Shown here: one piece after another, positions 49,959-62,910 of the stretch
How positions within the stretch are numbered: the stretch's first letter is position 1
Layout: each line of letters starts with the position of its first letter
From: Podarcis filfolensis
Taxonomy: Eukaryota
Assembly (NCBI GenBank): GCA_964270895.1
Contig: OZ185440.1
Direction: 5' to 3' (one strand)
DNA length: 64,000 nt
The notes under the pieces: model-generated
The model's input: the letters and a program-made list of their open reading frames with translations, nothing else
Database searches by the model: none
Told to the model about the DNA's origin: nothing
Program-made: the position numbers and the translations under genes

Positions 49959-50200
49959 CCCTCAGCCAGAAGATATAGAAGCATGATTAGTCGCACCAAC
50001 AGGGTAAAGAATAGCTCCTATCCATGGGCTGTTAGGCTGCTGAATGAAAAGATAACAACAGAGCAACCGACTTTCGGGTTTGGTGGGTGTGCATCAGTAA
50101 ACGACGAGAATTAAGACTAAGAGAGCTGAGTGGGGGTGCGCGCGTGTAATCTCACTGTATACAAGTTGTACAAGTGACAATAAAGTATTTCAATTTCAAT
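49959..50200 (+). mobile_element. Rex1/Babar LINE 3' fragment
   Basis: Frame PSARRYRSMISRTNRVKNSSYPWAVRLLN matches the Rex1/Babar C-terminal motif (PSGRRYRS..RT.R.KNSF.P.AVRLLN); 3' end TGACAATAAAG plus a short tandem tail. Confidence 0.8.
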
Positions 50201-50267
50201 CTGCCAGTGCCAAATCTCTGATCTGACCCAAACCCCCACAGCTCTTTTGAAGTTAAAATATATTTAT

Positions 50268-50360
50268 ACCCCCACATATCTTACTGGGTTGCCCCAGCCA
50301 CTCTGTGCAGGTTCTAACATACAGTATATATAAACATAAAAGGATTGCCTTCAGACAGCT
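50268..50360 (-). mobile_element. L2 3' tail fragment
   Basis: TATTTATACCCC...CTGGGTTGCCCCAGCCACTCTG...GATTGCCTTCAGA. Confidence 0.6.
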
Positions 50361-50378
50361 TGGGGGATCAGATAATGT

Positions 50379-50503
50379 CATACCCTCCAATGAAAATAGC
50401 GACATCCTAAGAAAAGTGGGACATTCTGGGATCAAATCAGGAACCAGGATGGCTTCTATAAATCAGGGACGTCCCTGGGAAATAGGGACACTTGGAGGGT
50501 CTG
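50379..50503. mobile_element. short MITE
   Basis: TIR CATACCCTCCAA / TTGGAGGGTCTG with internal GGGAC repeats; no TSD match seen. Confidence 0.7.
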
Positions 50504-51539
50504 AAATTATCTAACTTAAATCAGCTGATTAGAGAATAACTGTTAGAACCTGTTGGAGATCAGAGAAAAGAATGTATTAGAACTCTCTTGCTTCTATGAT
50601 TGGCTGTTTGCTTGGAAACTTTCAGGATGCAATTGGCCAGATTTAGCCATGATATTGTTTCTGCTCTGTATGATTGCATGAGTTCTTCCCACCCCACCCC
50701 CAGCTTCTTCCAAAAGCATTCATGCATTTTAAGAGTGCCAGCGCTTTCTAGGGTGGACTATTTCACACAGTGCTCTTTGTGATAGAACCTGTGACATTTT
50801 TAGGAATTTGAAACATGTTCACAGATAAGCCATCTGAATAGTATATCATGTGCTGATCTCTCACAAGCAGCAGCCCTGGCATATTTTCTGCATTCATTCA
50901 GATTCATTTCTCCAAATCTATTTCTATACACATCTAATCAGTTTGTTTTGCATTTGCTACCAGCTGTACAATACACCCACACCACAGTGCACCATATCCA
51001 GCTCTGAATATTATAAAAACACAACCAGATCTTGAACAGTGGCTTTTTTGACACTCCCCAAATCCCCTACAGTCAAGAGATATATTAATGGCAATGCTGT
51101 TCCTGCAGTGGAATCTCTCTTTTGCGGTCAGAGTTGCTTTTCAAATGAGAGTGCTCCCCCATCCCCAAATCCTACCTTGAATTGCTGAGCCCTGGCCTCA
51201 CCTGGATTCCGAAGCATCTTCCTTAGCGACAGACTGCCAAAACTGCTTTGCCATTCTGAACTGCTGACTCTGAAAGGAGCTGATGGCTCAGGTTCCAAAT
51301 TCTATGCTTGTTCACTAGCGGACCTAAAAATATCCCCGGGAGCAGGATGACTGAATTCATGCAACAGCATCTGTTATCCTGGCACCTCTTCAGAGAGTAA
51401 AAGCTGAACTGTCAATCTGCAACAGAGTAATCAGCCCCCAAAAGAACCTCCTTTCTCTCCCACCCCTAGGGCAGGCGAATACTCCAGCATAGGCTGCATA
51501 CACCTGCTACAGGAGGGAAGAGTCTATGGAGAGATTTGT

Positions 51540-51652
51540 CCTTCAGTATTGTTTTATTGTTTTTAATATTCAGTTGGAAGCCACCTAGAGTGGCTGGGGA
51601 AACCCAGCCTGATGGGCAGGGTATAAATAATAAATTATTATTATTATTATTA
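51540..51652 (+). mobile_element. L2 3' tail with (AAT)/(ATT) microsatellite
   Basis: GTTGGAAGCCACCTAGAGTGGCTGGGGAAACCCAGCCTGATGGGCAGGGTATAAAT, the reverse of the 48030 copy. Confidence 0.75.
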
Positions 51653-52292
51653 TCAGTGGAGCAAGTCACTCAGACATGTTGCAAAAGGCAGGTTTTTGCC
51701 TAGAGTACAAATGTACAAAGGTATAATGCATGTATAAATGTGTGGAGATCAGCAACAGCAAAACATGTACAAGGCATATGAATTGTTTACATTGCTATCT
51801 GCAGAACGCCTGGTGGTGTTGCTATTGCCCCTTGGCAGGAAAGAGTATCTTTCAGGTGGAGGTGTTTGCCTATAGTAATGGATAGACTGTTGGTAGATAG
51901 CTGGTGACTCATGCAAAAGAAAACCTTTGTCTTCACATCCCTTCACTTAGCACCGTGTCTCCTGGGCGCATGCTTCATGTTCCATAATGTTAAAGCACAG
52001 GGGGCCAAGCATTACGTCCATGTCTAATTAGCTGGTCCACCACTGCTATTACATTTTAGTCCTGGCTGCATGGATATTTGGGGAGGGAAACAGAGTGAGG
52101 AGGGGACAACACTGGGCAGTTGCCTAGCAACAGGAACATCTCATTTTTGGCAGTGCACCTGCTTGGTCAGAAATGGCATGTGATGAAGTGCTTAGCAGCA
52201 CACAAGACTTCTGACATCTCACACAAAAGACACAGGATACTGCAGGGATGTCTAATGCAAAGGATTCTGTGACATCCTGCTATTTAGCACTA

Positions 52293-52293
<1 letters not shown>

Positions 52294-52345
<52 letters not shown>

Positions 52346-52500
52346 TGTTATTTATACCCCGCCCATCTGGCTGGGCTTCCCCAGCCACTCTGGGCGGCTT
52401 CCAAAAGAATATTAAAATACTGTGATACATCAAACATTAAAAGCTTCCCTAAACAGGGCTGCCTTCAGATGTCTTCTAAAAGTCTGGTAGTTGTTGTTCT
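52294..52500 (-). mobile_element. L2 3' end with (AAT)17
   Basis: TTTATACCCCGCCCATCTGGCTGGGCTTCCCCAGCCACTCTGGGCGGCTTCC...CAGGGCTGCCTTCAGATGTCTTCTAAA. Confidence 0.8.
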
Positions 52501-53610
52501 GGTAGAAGGTGTGCTAGTCAACTAGTAATAACACCAGGACAACTTTTGACCTGGCCAGTACTGTGCCTGTAAGCTCAGACATTCTGCTTTCATCTGGCCA
52601 CCACCTCTCCCCCGTGTTACATGGACAGGGGTTCAAGGGGCCTCTGGAGTGCTAAGGTCAGTTCATGCTGAGTGCCTGCTAGATTAAAAGTGGCACTATA
52701 TGGTACCACATCAGACCTACCAAGCACCCTGCAGTGTGACATGATGCCCCACTGATGCAGGCAGCAAATCATGAACATTCCTACCTTGATTTATAAATCC
52801 ACCCAGCCCATAATTTATCCAGCATTTTAGTTCTTATGGTGCAGAATTTAATGGTATGGAATATTTGCAGCCTACACAATCAAAGTCATCCTTTTAGGAT
52901 ATTGGAGTTGATACAAATTCTGTCCCAGCACAGGAAGGCAAGGTCTGCAAGGTTTCTTCTTCTTCAGCAGTTTCACTATTCCATCCACCACGATCTTGAG
53001 AAGTAGTCCTGGCAAAAGGCCTCACAAAAGGGTAGTGGGAGTGAGCATTCAATCTGCCAAGTACTCCTTCCCTAAGAGACATACAAGAAGGCTCACAGCT
53101 AATTAAATTGTTTTGTACTCCAATCTGCCTGCCTGCGCTCCACCACTCCCCCCTCCCATACAGGCACAGAGCTCTGGCAGAGCAATGTTGCTATGGGACA
53201 ATGCCCTCGGAGTCTTCAGGGCATTAACTGCTGGCAAGCAGCCTTCCCTGAGGTCTCCTGTGAATCACCACAATTCTCAAGGAACAGCTTGCAAGTAAGC
53301 CCACTTCTTATTACGTCCCTGAGCTGAGACCAGACAGGTAACCCAAGAGTGTCTGCAAGCAGCAGAGCATTCATGGCGTAGATTAGAAAGCAAATGAATG
53401 CTAACAGTTCCCCACAAACACTGTTTGCTGCTGAGGGACTCACTGGGCTCTGGGACTCTTTCATCAGCACACAACATATGAAGGTACCCAGGGTGACTTC
53501 CTTTATTTATATACCACTTGCATGCCAAAATAGCTCCTGAATCCATTACTATCCACACTTTAGGGAAATGCAGTTTCATAAGTCTGCTTAACCCAAGGTA
53601 GCTGCCACAC

Positions 53611-53831
53611 CAGCCAATATTGTGTTGTGGTTAAAGAATTGGGCTAGGAACTGGGTTCAAATCTCCACTCAACCATGAAACTCACTGTGTGACCTTGGGC
53701 CAATCGCTGCCTTCAGTTTATCGTACCTCACAGAACTGTTGTGAGGATTAAGTGAGGAGAGAGAGAACCATGTACGTCATCTTGAGATCTTTAGAGAAAA
53801 AGGTGGGCTACAAATGCAATGACTAATAAAT
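53611..53831 (+). mobile_element. old MIR/CORE-like SINE
   Basis: GTGTTGTGGTTAAAG (A box), CTGGGTTCAAATCTCCAC (B box), GTGACCTTGGGCCAATC...TACCTCACAGAACTGTTGTGAGGATTAA CORE-like segment. Confidence 0.75.
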
Positions 53832-54424
53832 ATTGTAAAGAATATATCCAAATAGCATAGCACAAGCTGTACTGAATCTTAGTGGGAGGCCAGAGTTACT
53901 AGGGTAGAAGAGAAATCTTAAAATGAAGACATTCAGAGAAGTAAAAAACAAAACAAAACAAAAAACCAGGCATAGTATACAGAGAAAAATTCCCTTCTTC
54001 CATGATGGAAATGGTTGTGGGGAGAAGGAAAAATGCTGCTGTGAGCCTGGTCTCCATAGAGCTGCATTTCCCATTCCCCAATACTCCTGTTATCTCCGCT
54101 AAGCCAAAGCAAGAGACAACACAGGGAGACACTGAAACTCTTTACAAGTCCACAGAGCTAGAGCATCTTCCCTGACTCTCTTCTGGGTGATGTGAGCACT
54201 GCAGAAACTTGCTCAGGCTTGCTTCCCATATGTGTTGCCATTCCTTATCATTCGGTAGCTATTCATGCTACACAGCACCCAACTAGTTTAATCACATCAG
54301 CATTTTGGTAAACAGTGGTTACCCTTTCTTCAACCTTGTTCAATGAAAACTTCATGCTTCCCCATCCATATATTATTTTCATTAGAGAGTAAGGGTAGTA
54401 GCTCTGGTGAAAGTCACACTGTGC

Positions 54425-54775
54425 TCCTTCTGGGGCAGTGTGTCTGCCTCTGGTCCTCATCCTGCCCTCAGCCCTCACCTGTGCCTCCTAGAAGCTGTCA
54501 GCATGCGACAGCGGCCACACACACCAGGAACAGCTTCGACTGGCTGGCTGAACCAGGCGTGGGTAGCCAATGGGTCTCAAACCCACAGTGTGGACTTCCC
54601 CTGCATGTGAAGACAGGCTGCAACAGATTGAGTGGATGAGACCAATAGTACGTCCAGCGGTCAAAAAGGTGGTTTCTGCACATGCTGTAGTTGGAAATGA
54701 GAGGCAGGTGGGGCTTGTCAACCTGGGAAAGTAACCCATCTAGGAGAAGCAAAACTCGGATCTTATTCAGGACTA
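54425..54775 (+). mobile_element. possible RTE-clade LINE 5' UTR fragment
   Basis: GC-richer segment ending GGGCTTGTCAACCTGGGAAAGTAACCCATCTAGGAGAAGCAAAACTC, which I recall from squamate RTE-type 5' regions; truncated by a microsatellite. Family assignment uncertain. Confidence 0.35.
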
Positions 54776-54779
54776 CTAC

Positions 54780-54790
54780 ACATACATACA

Positions 54791-54846
<56 letters not shown>
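54780..54846. repeat. (CA)n(GA)n microsatellite
   Basis: Directly visible. Confidence 0.95.
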
Positions 54847-57800
54847 AATTGTATCCCCCACCTCAGCCCCAAGACCCATATGAAACCACAGGGCAGTTGT
54901 GTCTAGCTATGCTAGAAGCTATTAACAAATAGAGTACAGACTCTTGCTTTTTTAAAAAAATTAAACCATTATTGGCTTTTTTAAAATGTTGATTTTTATT
55001 ACATTGTGTGTTTCAATTTGAACTCAAAAGGTATTATTAAAGCACCACCTCAAAAGGTATTATTAAAGCACCACAGAGCAGTTGCCAAAAATATAGAGAG
55101 AGCATGCATGACAGGAAGGATTGGGAAAGCAGAATCTTTCTTTGATATTTGTATCTGGCCCCCAAATATTTGCACTTCAGCTCCTCATGCTGCATTGCCT
55201 CCAGTTAATTGCTAGCAGCCCAGTGACCCATTTCCCAAACTGTCCACACTCACCAGTTTGAGGAATTTACTATTTATTTGCTTTTGTTGCAAACTGGCAG
55301 GTTATTTATTTCTAAACTGGCCTGCTCTGAGAGTATAGAGGACATTTAAAGGAGAGATTTGAAAACAATGGAAGTGAAAGAGCTGGGGCTTCTCCAGACC
55401 ACTCCTCACATCCTGTTCTATGTCTGAGTGTCTACTTAAGAAGAAACACCGAAGAGATGAGTGCAGTTTTAAAAGATCTCACCTCAACTGTAGTGAGCAG
55501 AGTTCTCTCCTTCCCAGCCCTGAGCTCCCCTTGCACCTCCTGTTGGCTTTTCCTCATACTTCCGTAGTACAAGCACAGAGAGCTACTGTGCTTGCCTCAA
55601 TCCAGCCCTGTCTGGGCCTCACACACAAGCTGAGAGGACAAGCCTGACCTTATGTTCATACCCTGGGCAAGTGGCAGGCAGATGCTGTCTTTATGTAGTG
55701 ACAGCTCCTAGGCCTCCTGCCAGTTCTCGCTGTGTTCTACAAGGAGCAGAAAAGGCAGCCCCAGAGCAGGAGTATACCCTGGGCAAGATGATAAAACCTT
55801 CCATCCTTGCAGCCCTCCTGTTTCTTTAATAATGTCTAGTAATGTCTAGTCATCGGCCCAGTCCCTGTGGAGATTTGGCATGAATGAGGCCAGAGAGGAT
55901 AAAAACAAAGTGTAGGAAAGATTTATACATAGAAAGATTTAACACACCATACACCAGTTCTTAATTAGAAGAGGGAAGTCACTGACAGACATCTTCCACA
56001 TAAGTCATGTGCCAGAAATGAGTTCTCTAGGACAGACAGAAGATCTAGACTGCATTAGCAGCAGGTACTGCAACAGGTAAGCTTCGCCCCTAAACCTTTC
56101 TGAAAAATGGGTTGAATTTAATGTAGCTAGATCCATGGTATTTCAGCCAAGCGCTTCTGTGACAAACTCATCCCGAAGAGTAGAAGTCACTGGGAGCAGG
56201 CTTCAGGTGTTAAACAACCCTTGCTCACACCTAAATCATTTTCTCCCTGTGCTAGTTTTTAGAGGATTTTGGTTTTCTGCAATGACCTTCAATATGTGAA
56301 GCGCATTTGTGCGTCTTCCTCAAAATATGAGCTGGAGTGTTGCAAAACTAGCCAGACAAAGAAAAATTTTGGCTGTTCAACTCTCTCACAAATTTCCATA
56401 GGAATCTTTTTTCAGAAGATTAGCAAATGGAACAGTGAGACAACTGGTGATGCAACAGCCGCTCAAAATAAGTGAGAGTTCCTTCAGTTCTATCTCCACA
56501 TGTGTAACTGAAGCAAAAAAGCCACAACCAGCCCTACAACTAGTGCACAATCCTCCACAACTCCAATGAACCTTCCAGTACGTACTTTTCCTTCCCCTCT
56601 CACTTACCTTTCTAGTACCCCATTCAAACCATGGTTACAGGCACAGATGCAAAAGTTAGAAAGGTCTGCTGGCTTGTATTTCACTAATAAAAGCAGCCAG
56701 CAGCCAGAAAAGTTACCCAGAATCATTTCAAAGGAGAATCATGTGGGTAAACCCTAGAGAACAGCATTGTTAGCAGCTACATCTCCCACACCTTTGAGAC
56801 ATTTCAATTACTGGTACTTGCAGCGAAGGGAGTGAATATGAATTTGGCAGATTTTGAAACAGCTCATCTCACATCTCAGTACATGCCAACAGGACTGTGC
56901 AGAGTGGGGGGTGGGCAGCTCAGTACACTTGCCCTGGGCTTCAGAGGGGTAAGCTGAGTGGCTCTGCCGTCTTATGTAACTGGGCCGGCTGCTTTTTTTG
57001 GACTTTGTAACTTTTATTATATAACAAGACTTCTGCCCTGGGCCTCAGACAAGCTCTGCACGGGCCTGGAAGCCAAGGACCAGATTTGCCAAATTCAGGT
57101 CTGGCTTGAAACTGAATTTGCCTCCCAATTCTCTCCCAAAGAAGCCACAAAAGCACAACCAAACATTCTTACCTTTGAGAAAGTTAAAGTTGTAACTAGT
57201 GGCAGAAAGGGCCAACTGTTTCTGCACTGGAAATGATGCACCCAAGTATGCTCACAAACATAATTTCCTGCTGGGCAACATGTATTCATAGTTTCCTCTG
57301 CTTTTCAAGGCAAATGCTCAATATTGTAATTTCCTGTTAAGGAAACCAACAGGGCCTCTTACATCTTTATCAAGGCCTCCCCACGGCTTGCTGTCCTTTC
57401 CCCTTTTCAGAAAGTATTGTTGCTTTTCTTGGGAAGGGGGTAGTAAAGTTCCTTCCCCTTCCCAAGGTGTATGTTTGAAAGCATTCTGTAGGGCAGAATT
57501 CTCCAGAGATTGTTGGACTACAAGTTAGTCACTTCTGCTGCTCTTTGGAGAAATTTTTTTTCAGGAGAGTTCACCTATCACTTTACAGTTGGAAATATTA
57601 CCATTGTGCAAATCACATTTATCCCATCCCATCCCGCAAGAAAAGGAGGAGGACAGAGAGGAAGAAAGTGTTCCATCCTTTTACCTATATTTTTCATTCT
57701 CACTCTTACTGTTCACATTTCATCTGCCTATCATTTTCTGAATTAGGAGCTGTGGGCTTAAAACCGGATGAACTTCCAAATGTATATTCAAGTGTGCATA

Positions 57801-60800
57801 AGGCATACCCCTACTGCAGTACATTTATTTTCAGAATATCTGGAATGACTCTTGAAGGTTGGGGGGGGGGAGGAGAAAAATCAGATGATCCAGGGTTATT
57901 AAGAGTAAACAGTGACCAAACTACCATGTAACTAGGAAAGATAGAAAAGGAAGAACTTGGGATAAGCAATAGAGGTTCCATGATGTAATTAAATACATGA
58001 GGCGTACAATGTTAAAGTGTTTCAGATTTAATCAGTTGAGTCTAGTCCAAAATTATATTACTAGATCAGGTTGAAAACAATACATAAAGCTGCCTATCTT
58101 GTCTCCATCTCACATTGCCATTCCAAAGCCAGTAAAACTTCAAACAGGTCAGAAATTATTGGAGTCCAGTTTAGAGAAGGGTAATAATGACATCATGTCT
58201 GTAACACTCTGTTCAGCCTGCTCCTTGCTGTTCATGCATCTTAATCAGTTAATTTGTATTTAAAGTAGGGGAGAAGCAAATAACAAGGAGTTTAACTCCT
58301 CAAAAGCCTATTAAAATATCAGTACAAATGCGTTCCCACATTCATTATATAAAATTAATCAATAATTGGCATTTTGGGGGACAGACACCTGCTTTGCTAT
58401 TTCACTGATCTCCTATGCTGACTAAGATTAAATGCATTTAATTGATCTAAATGAAGCAAGACACACACCCATAATAGTAGTAGAGCAGAATACTTATAGT
58501 AAGTTCTGGATAGAATCCTTAGAATTCTCACAAAGTGTGCTGGTTCAGCCACAATGCACTTTACATATTGTCTCCACACAATATAAAATTGTTTTACTTT
58601 AACCTGTTGCAATCTATCTTCAGGTTCACCCACAGTCTAGAATAGGAACAGCCATTTCCAGAGACACACATATTCAACCCCGATATCATTTTTAAAAATA
58701 TTCAGAAAAGGCCCTGAGCCACAGTATAGCTACAGTTCAAGACTATTTTTATCGGGTGAATTTAAATGTCTTCTAGACTAGTTTTTCCCATAGACAATTT
58801 GAAACAAAAGCATAAGGAAAAATCCCCCTTGTATGTTGATAATATTTAAGGTAATGATTCAGTTTCAAAGCTGATACAGAAAAGCCCATTATTTCAGTTG
58901 AAGCATAAGTAAATAAGCCATATTTTAAAAAATATGCCAACATAAGGATTTCTGTATATAAACACAATCCTTCCTGAATCAAGATGCAGAAAATGCCAGC
59001 TGGGACAGGAAGAGGCTTCTGGGAAAAAGAAAGATGACTTTGCTTTTCAATATCATACCTGGGGAACCAGAAGAATACTGACCAGAGGGAATCTGTTACC
59101 CAAAGCACCAAAAAGTATGCCCACCCACCCACCCAGATAGCTGAGGGAGTGAAAAGCATTCAAGAATATTTGAAGTGTTTCTCCAAAGGCAGATTTATAC
59201 ATTTGGGGAGCTGCCACTCTTCAAAGGACAGTCACAGAAATCAATGAGATGCAATGACTTTTCTAATCTTCCAGTCTGCTGTGTGTATGTACATGTGTGT
59301 GCGTTCAGGGATCCCACATACACTGCTTCTGAAGTCACCCCACTCCTAGACTCTCTCAAATAACACACAGAGCAAGTTAATACTGGCTATCAAGATTTAT
59401 ATTACCCCCCCCCCCCCGTTATGGGCTGCCTCAGGCCACACCAAAATTACAATTAATAAAGGGAGAGAAGAGTCAGAAAAATGCCTGAAGATTGTGTTTG
59501 CAAGCTGAAGGAGAATTTGGTCAAATTACATTATAAGAATTTGCAATATATACTGCAAGGCTGATACAGAAGCAGTGGCCTACCCCACAACATAGTCTGT
59601 TGTGTAAGAAGGCACTCCATCCCTAAAGTTTTCGATACAGCACATCTTTATACAGCAAGAGAAATAGCTGAACAGAGGGTTGTGGCACCACATCCTTTGC
59701 CAGAGCAGCCAAATGAACAAGAGGGTACTTTTATCTTCCAAGGTCAGATAAGGGCATGTTCATGATGATATGGCCCTACATACACTACAATAACATATTT
59801 ATAAAAGTAGCTTGAACTCTCTCTGGAACGTACGTAAAGTTGTCCCCATTGCTGTAAAGCACCAAAGCAGCCCTTTCTCTCTCCCAAAATCATACCCCTT
59901 GAACTTCCACACCTTGGATAGGACCAAATACACATGAGTTCTGTTGCTACTTTTACCATCTTAGTTTAGGGCAAAACCAGCATAAAGTTCCTAAACAGAA
60001 ATACCAATAATGCTGACCTTTGCACTTATTTTATAAATACTCAACTTATACTCAAGACACCCCACAAGCTGGAGCCAATGCCAGTGAGATACGCTTACAA
60101 TTATTTTCCAAGGCATCCTTGCTACATGCCTGCGCCTGACTTCTCGTCTTCCCAGGAGAACCAGGGCCCTGGAATGCCTGCGGTCCTTATTGCCTTAATG
60201 AGGGGTACTTCCTAGGATTCTCTTGCCCAAGGAATGCACGTGCTAAATGGCTCCAAACAGTTTCCTATTACATAGGCACATACTATTACAATTAAACGCA
60301 TGAGTAAATAAGTCTCTGAATATAAAATAGGACAAAAACTTAAATCAAAGGTTCAAGAAGTAGGGACTAAAAGGAGCTAATCAGTTTCACTCTCCCTTCT
60401 TCATCCCACTTGGCTCCGTCTGAGAGAGGTGATGCTGAAAAAACACGTGCTCATGACAAAAACAGGGTTATAAATATAAAAAGGAATTAATTGTCAAGCA
60501 CCAGTGACATCGCCAGCTTTGTGCAGGCATGGTGAGCTGGGAAACACACCCTGAACCAGACAGTTAATCCAGGAAAAAGCAGGGGGTTCATCCATAGCAC
60601 TGCAGCTGTCTGTTGCTCCCTGGGGTTGTATTAAGAAGATTTTCCTCTGGTAGAGAAGAGTTTGTACTTCAAAAAGAAACTCACTGCCAAAAGTGAAGCC
60701 ATCAAGCTGGTGTGAGCCAAATGGTTCAGGAAGTCAGAGAATTTAGTGCTCCCAAATTCTAGACTTAGAGTCTGCCAGTAAAGTCGAATCCATCCTATTA

Positions 60801-60969
60801 CTTGACAACCACCTTCAAGGTGCTGCAGAATCAGGCAAGTTTGTTTCATTAATTTTTTTTTAAAAAAACCTGGATGTAAAGACAGTCTGTTTGGCCTCTG
60901 CTGTGCTCGAGTGCTAGGATCCACCTGGAGGTGGTCACCGCAATTCTGTTGCCAGCTACTACTCCACTA

Positions 60970-61110
60970 CTACTCCATAATGGCCCGGTACAGTGCAGGC
61001 TCAATGTAATCTTCACGGTAGCGTGAATTGATGACCCTCTGTCTTTTTCTTTCTTGTTTGACCTCCTTCTCTGTGAAGATCTCTGTGAAGCGCATGTCAG
61101 ATGCAACAGA
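60970..61110 (-). CDS. KDM4A: KDM4A terminal coding exon
   Basis: cag|TCT GTT...GAG TAG; SVASDMRFTEIFTEKEVKQEKKRQRVINSRYREDYIEPALYRAIME*, matching the KDM4A C-terminus; 141 nt; a second TAG follows. Confidence 0.98.
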   Translation of the reverse strand, partial: SVASDMRFTEIFTEKEVKQERKRQRVINSRYREDYIEPALYRAIME

Positions 61111-61509
61111 CTGTGGGAGAGAAATCAACCAAAATAGTTACTACGAGAATGGCATTCATGTTCTGCATTAGAGGTGGCCCAGCTGATCCCCACAAACAGG
61201 TGATCAATTGGGCTTTCAATTTCAGGACTTTTAAATGGCAGCTTCTGAAGCAACAGTTCAGTTTGCCAGTCATTAAAATAAAATTAGGGCTAGTTACAAG
61301 GGATTTTACAATGTTTTGAGAAGATCCACGATCGCTGTTTAAAATCAAGGATTGCACCTTGCAGGGATATCGTGCCCCCCTCATCGTAAATTAATAATTA
61401 AAATGCACCAATGAAATGAACCATCTCAGGCACATAAAGGTCTGAGTTATAACTTTACTTCTCTGTGAAAAGAACTATATGGATCAGCCTCCCCTGCTCC
61501 TTGACTCAC

Positions 61510-61602
61510 CAGCCTTGACTTGACCCTCTTAGGAAGTTCTTCATTAAGAGTGTACACATCATCCCTCTTTGCCATCAGCTGGGAGCCATCCTCAAATTCC
61601 AC
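61510..61602 (-). CDS. KDM4A: KDM4A exon (end of second Tudor domain)
   Basis: tag|GTG...CTG|gtgagt; 93 nt; [31 protein letters not shown]. Confidence 0.98.
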
Positions 61603-62080
61603 CTACATCCAGAAAAATCAGGCAACTGTCAAGTGAGCACAGTAACCCATGCCTTCCTGAGTTCAGGATAATGTCCATCTTACCATCTGTCCCCTCATGG
61701 CTTCTGCATTTGTTGAACTGATGCTGAGAAACAAACACTGAATCTGCATATATGCCCTCAAGAGACATCAGGGTGGGAATGGTGAAAGACAGGCTAACAG
61801 CAAGAGAGGGGACTGGGAAGGGACTTGGACAGACATTTAGAATCATAGCACACAACCACAATTAAAGCAAGTCAAATTTCAAATGCTCAGCTCAACCAGT
61901 GCTCCTTGACTATGGCCAAGCCTAGATGCCATCTGCCACTTGTACAACTGACAAATAAGTTTGTGAATTGAGCAGAAGTAGTAGACCTCCAAGTTAGCAA
62001 GCCATCGGGGGGGGGGGGGGGAACCCATACAAAAAGACAGGGGAGACAGAAGGTATAATCCCTTCTCACTCAGTCCTTAC

Positions 62081-62200
62081 CTGGTACATCTGAATAACGT
62101 GCGAAGCCACGAATGTAGCTCCATAAACTTGGCCGTCTGTCCATCTCACTTGAACAACTTCACCTCCAGCTGGAGGACCCATTTGGAGACAATCTTGACT
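62081..62200 (-). CDS. KDM4A: KDM4A exon (Tudor domain)
   Basis: tag|AGT...CAG|gtaagg; 120 nt; SQDCLQMGPPAGGEVVQVRWTDGQVYGATFVASHVIQMYQ, with the aromatic-cage W and Y retained. Confidence 0.98.
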
Positions 62201-62910
62201 CTATCATGTGGGATAATTTTTTGAAAAAGATAAACATTATCTATTTACAAATGGGAAGAATAAATATTGCCAACTATCCAACCCACTCTGGAGAGAGTTA
62301 CCAGTTGAGTGGATGAATGGGGGTTGAGGAGGCCACTTTCATTAAGTGGAATTACTGCTCTCTCTTAGTTGCTGTTAGGAATGAAACTTGTGTTACACAT
62401 AGAGCATTGCTGCCTTAAATAGGCAGTTGTTAACACTTCAAATCTGGTGCTACAACTACACAGCTGTTCTACAGCATGGAACCAGTCGTGGCTAATTCAT
62501 CTCCGGAGATACCTGTCTATGACCCTATTTTTTCTCAATAATACATGTAAAGGTTTAACAATAAAAAACAAAGAACACTTTATCCTTGGTGTTTCAGATA
62601 TGTGCTCCTACCACAGCTGGTGTTATCTGGCATCCTTTTAAAAAAATGATGCTAAAGGTACAAAAATGCCAAGGAGGAGGAAATGGAAGATATCTGTAAT
62701 AAAGCAGTCAGGCATTTTAAGTGCTCCATTCAGAGTCTACATCCTACAGCCCAAAGTGATACGCTGAGCCCTGTTCAGGTGCTTTAGGGATTTGTCCCAC
62801 TTCAATGAACACTAATACTTCAGCACTGAGATGCAATATGAGCATTCAGGAAGGTATTTCCTTAAGCTATACACCCTCTAGTGGAATGAATCTTTCATTA
62901 CATAGCATAC

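Noticed and set aside
31693-53831. tRNA-like A/B boxes at ~31700, ~39400-39460, ~44960 and ~53620-53660
   Set aside because: These are SINE heads; none forms a full cloverleaf, so no tRNA gene is called. No rRNA, snRNA or CRISPR-like array was seen in the window.
57824-58442. KDM4A poly(A) signal candidates (AATAAA at 57824-57829, ATTAAA at 58437-58442, minus strand)
   Set aside because: Several hexamers exist and none has a convincing downstream GU-rich element; the 3' end cannot be called from sequence alone.
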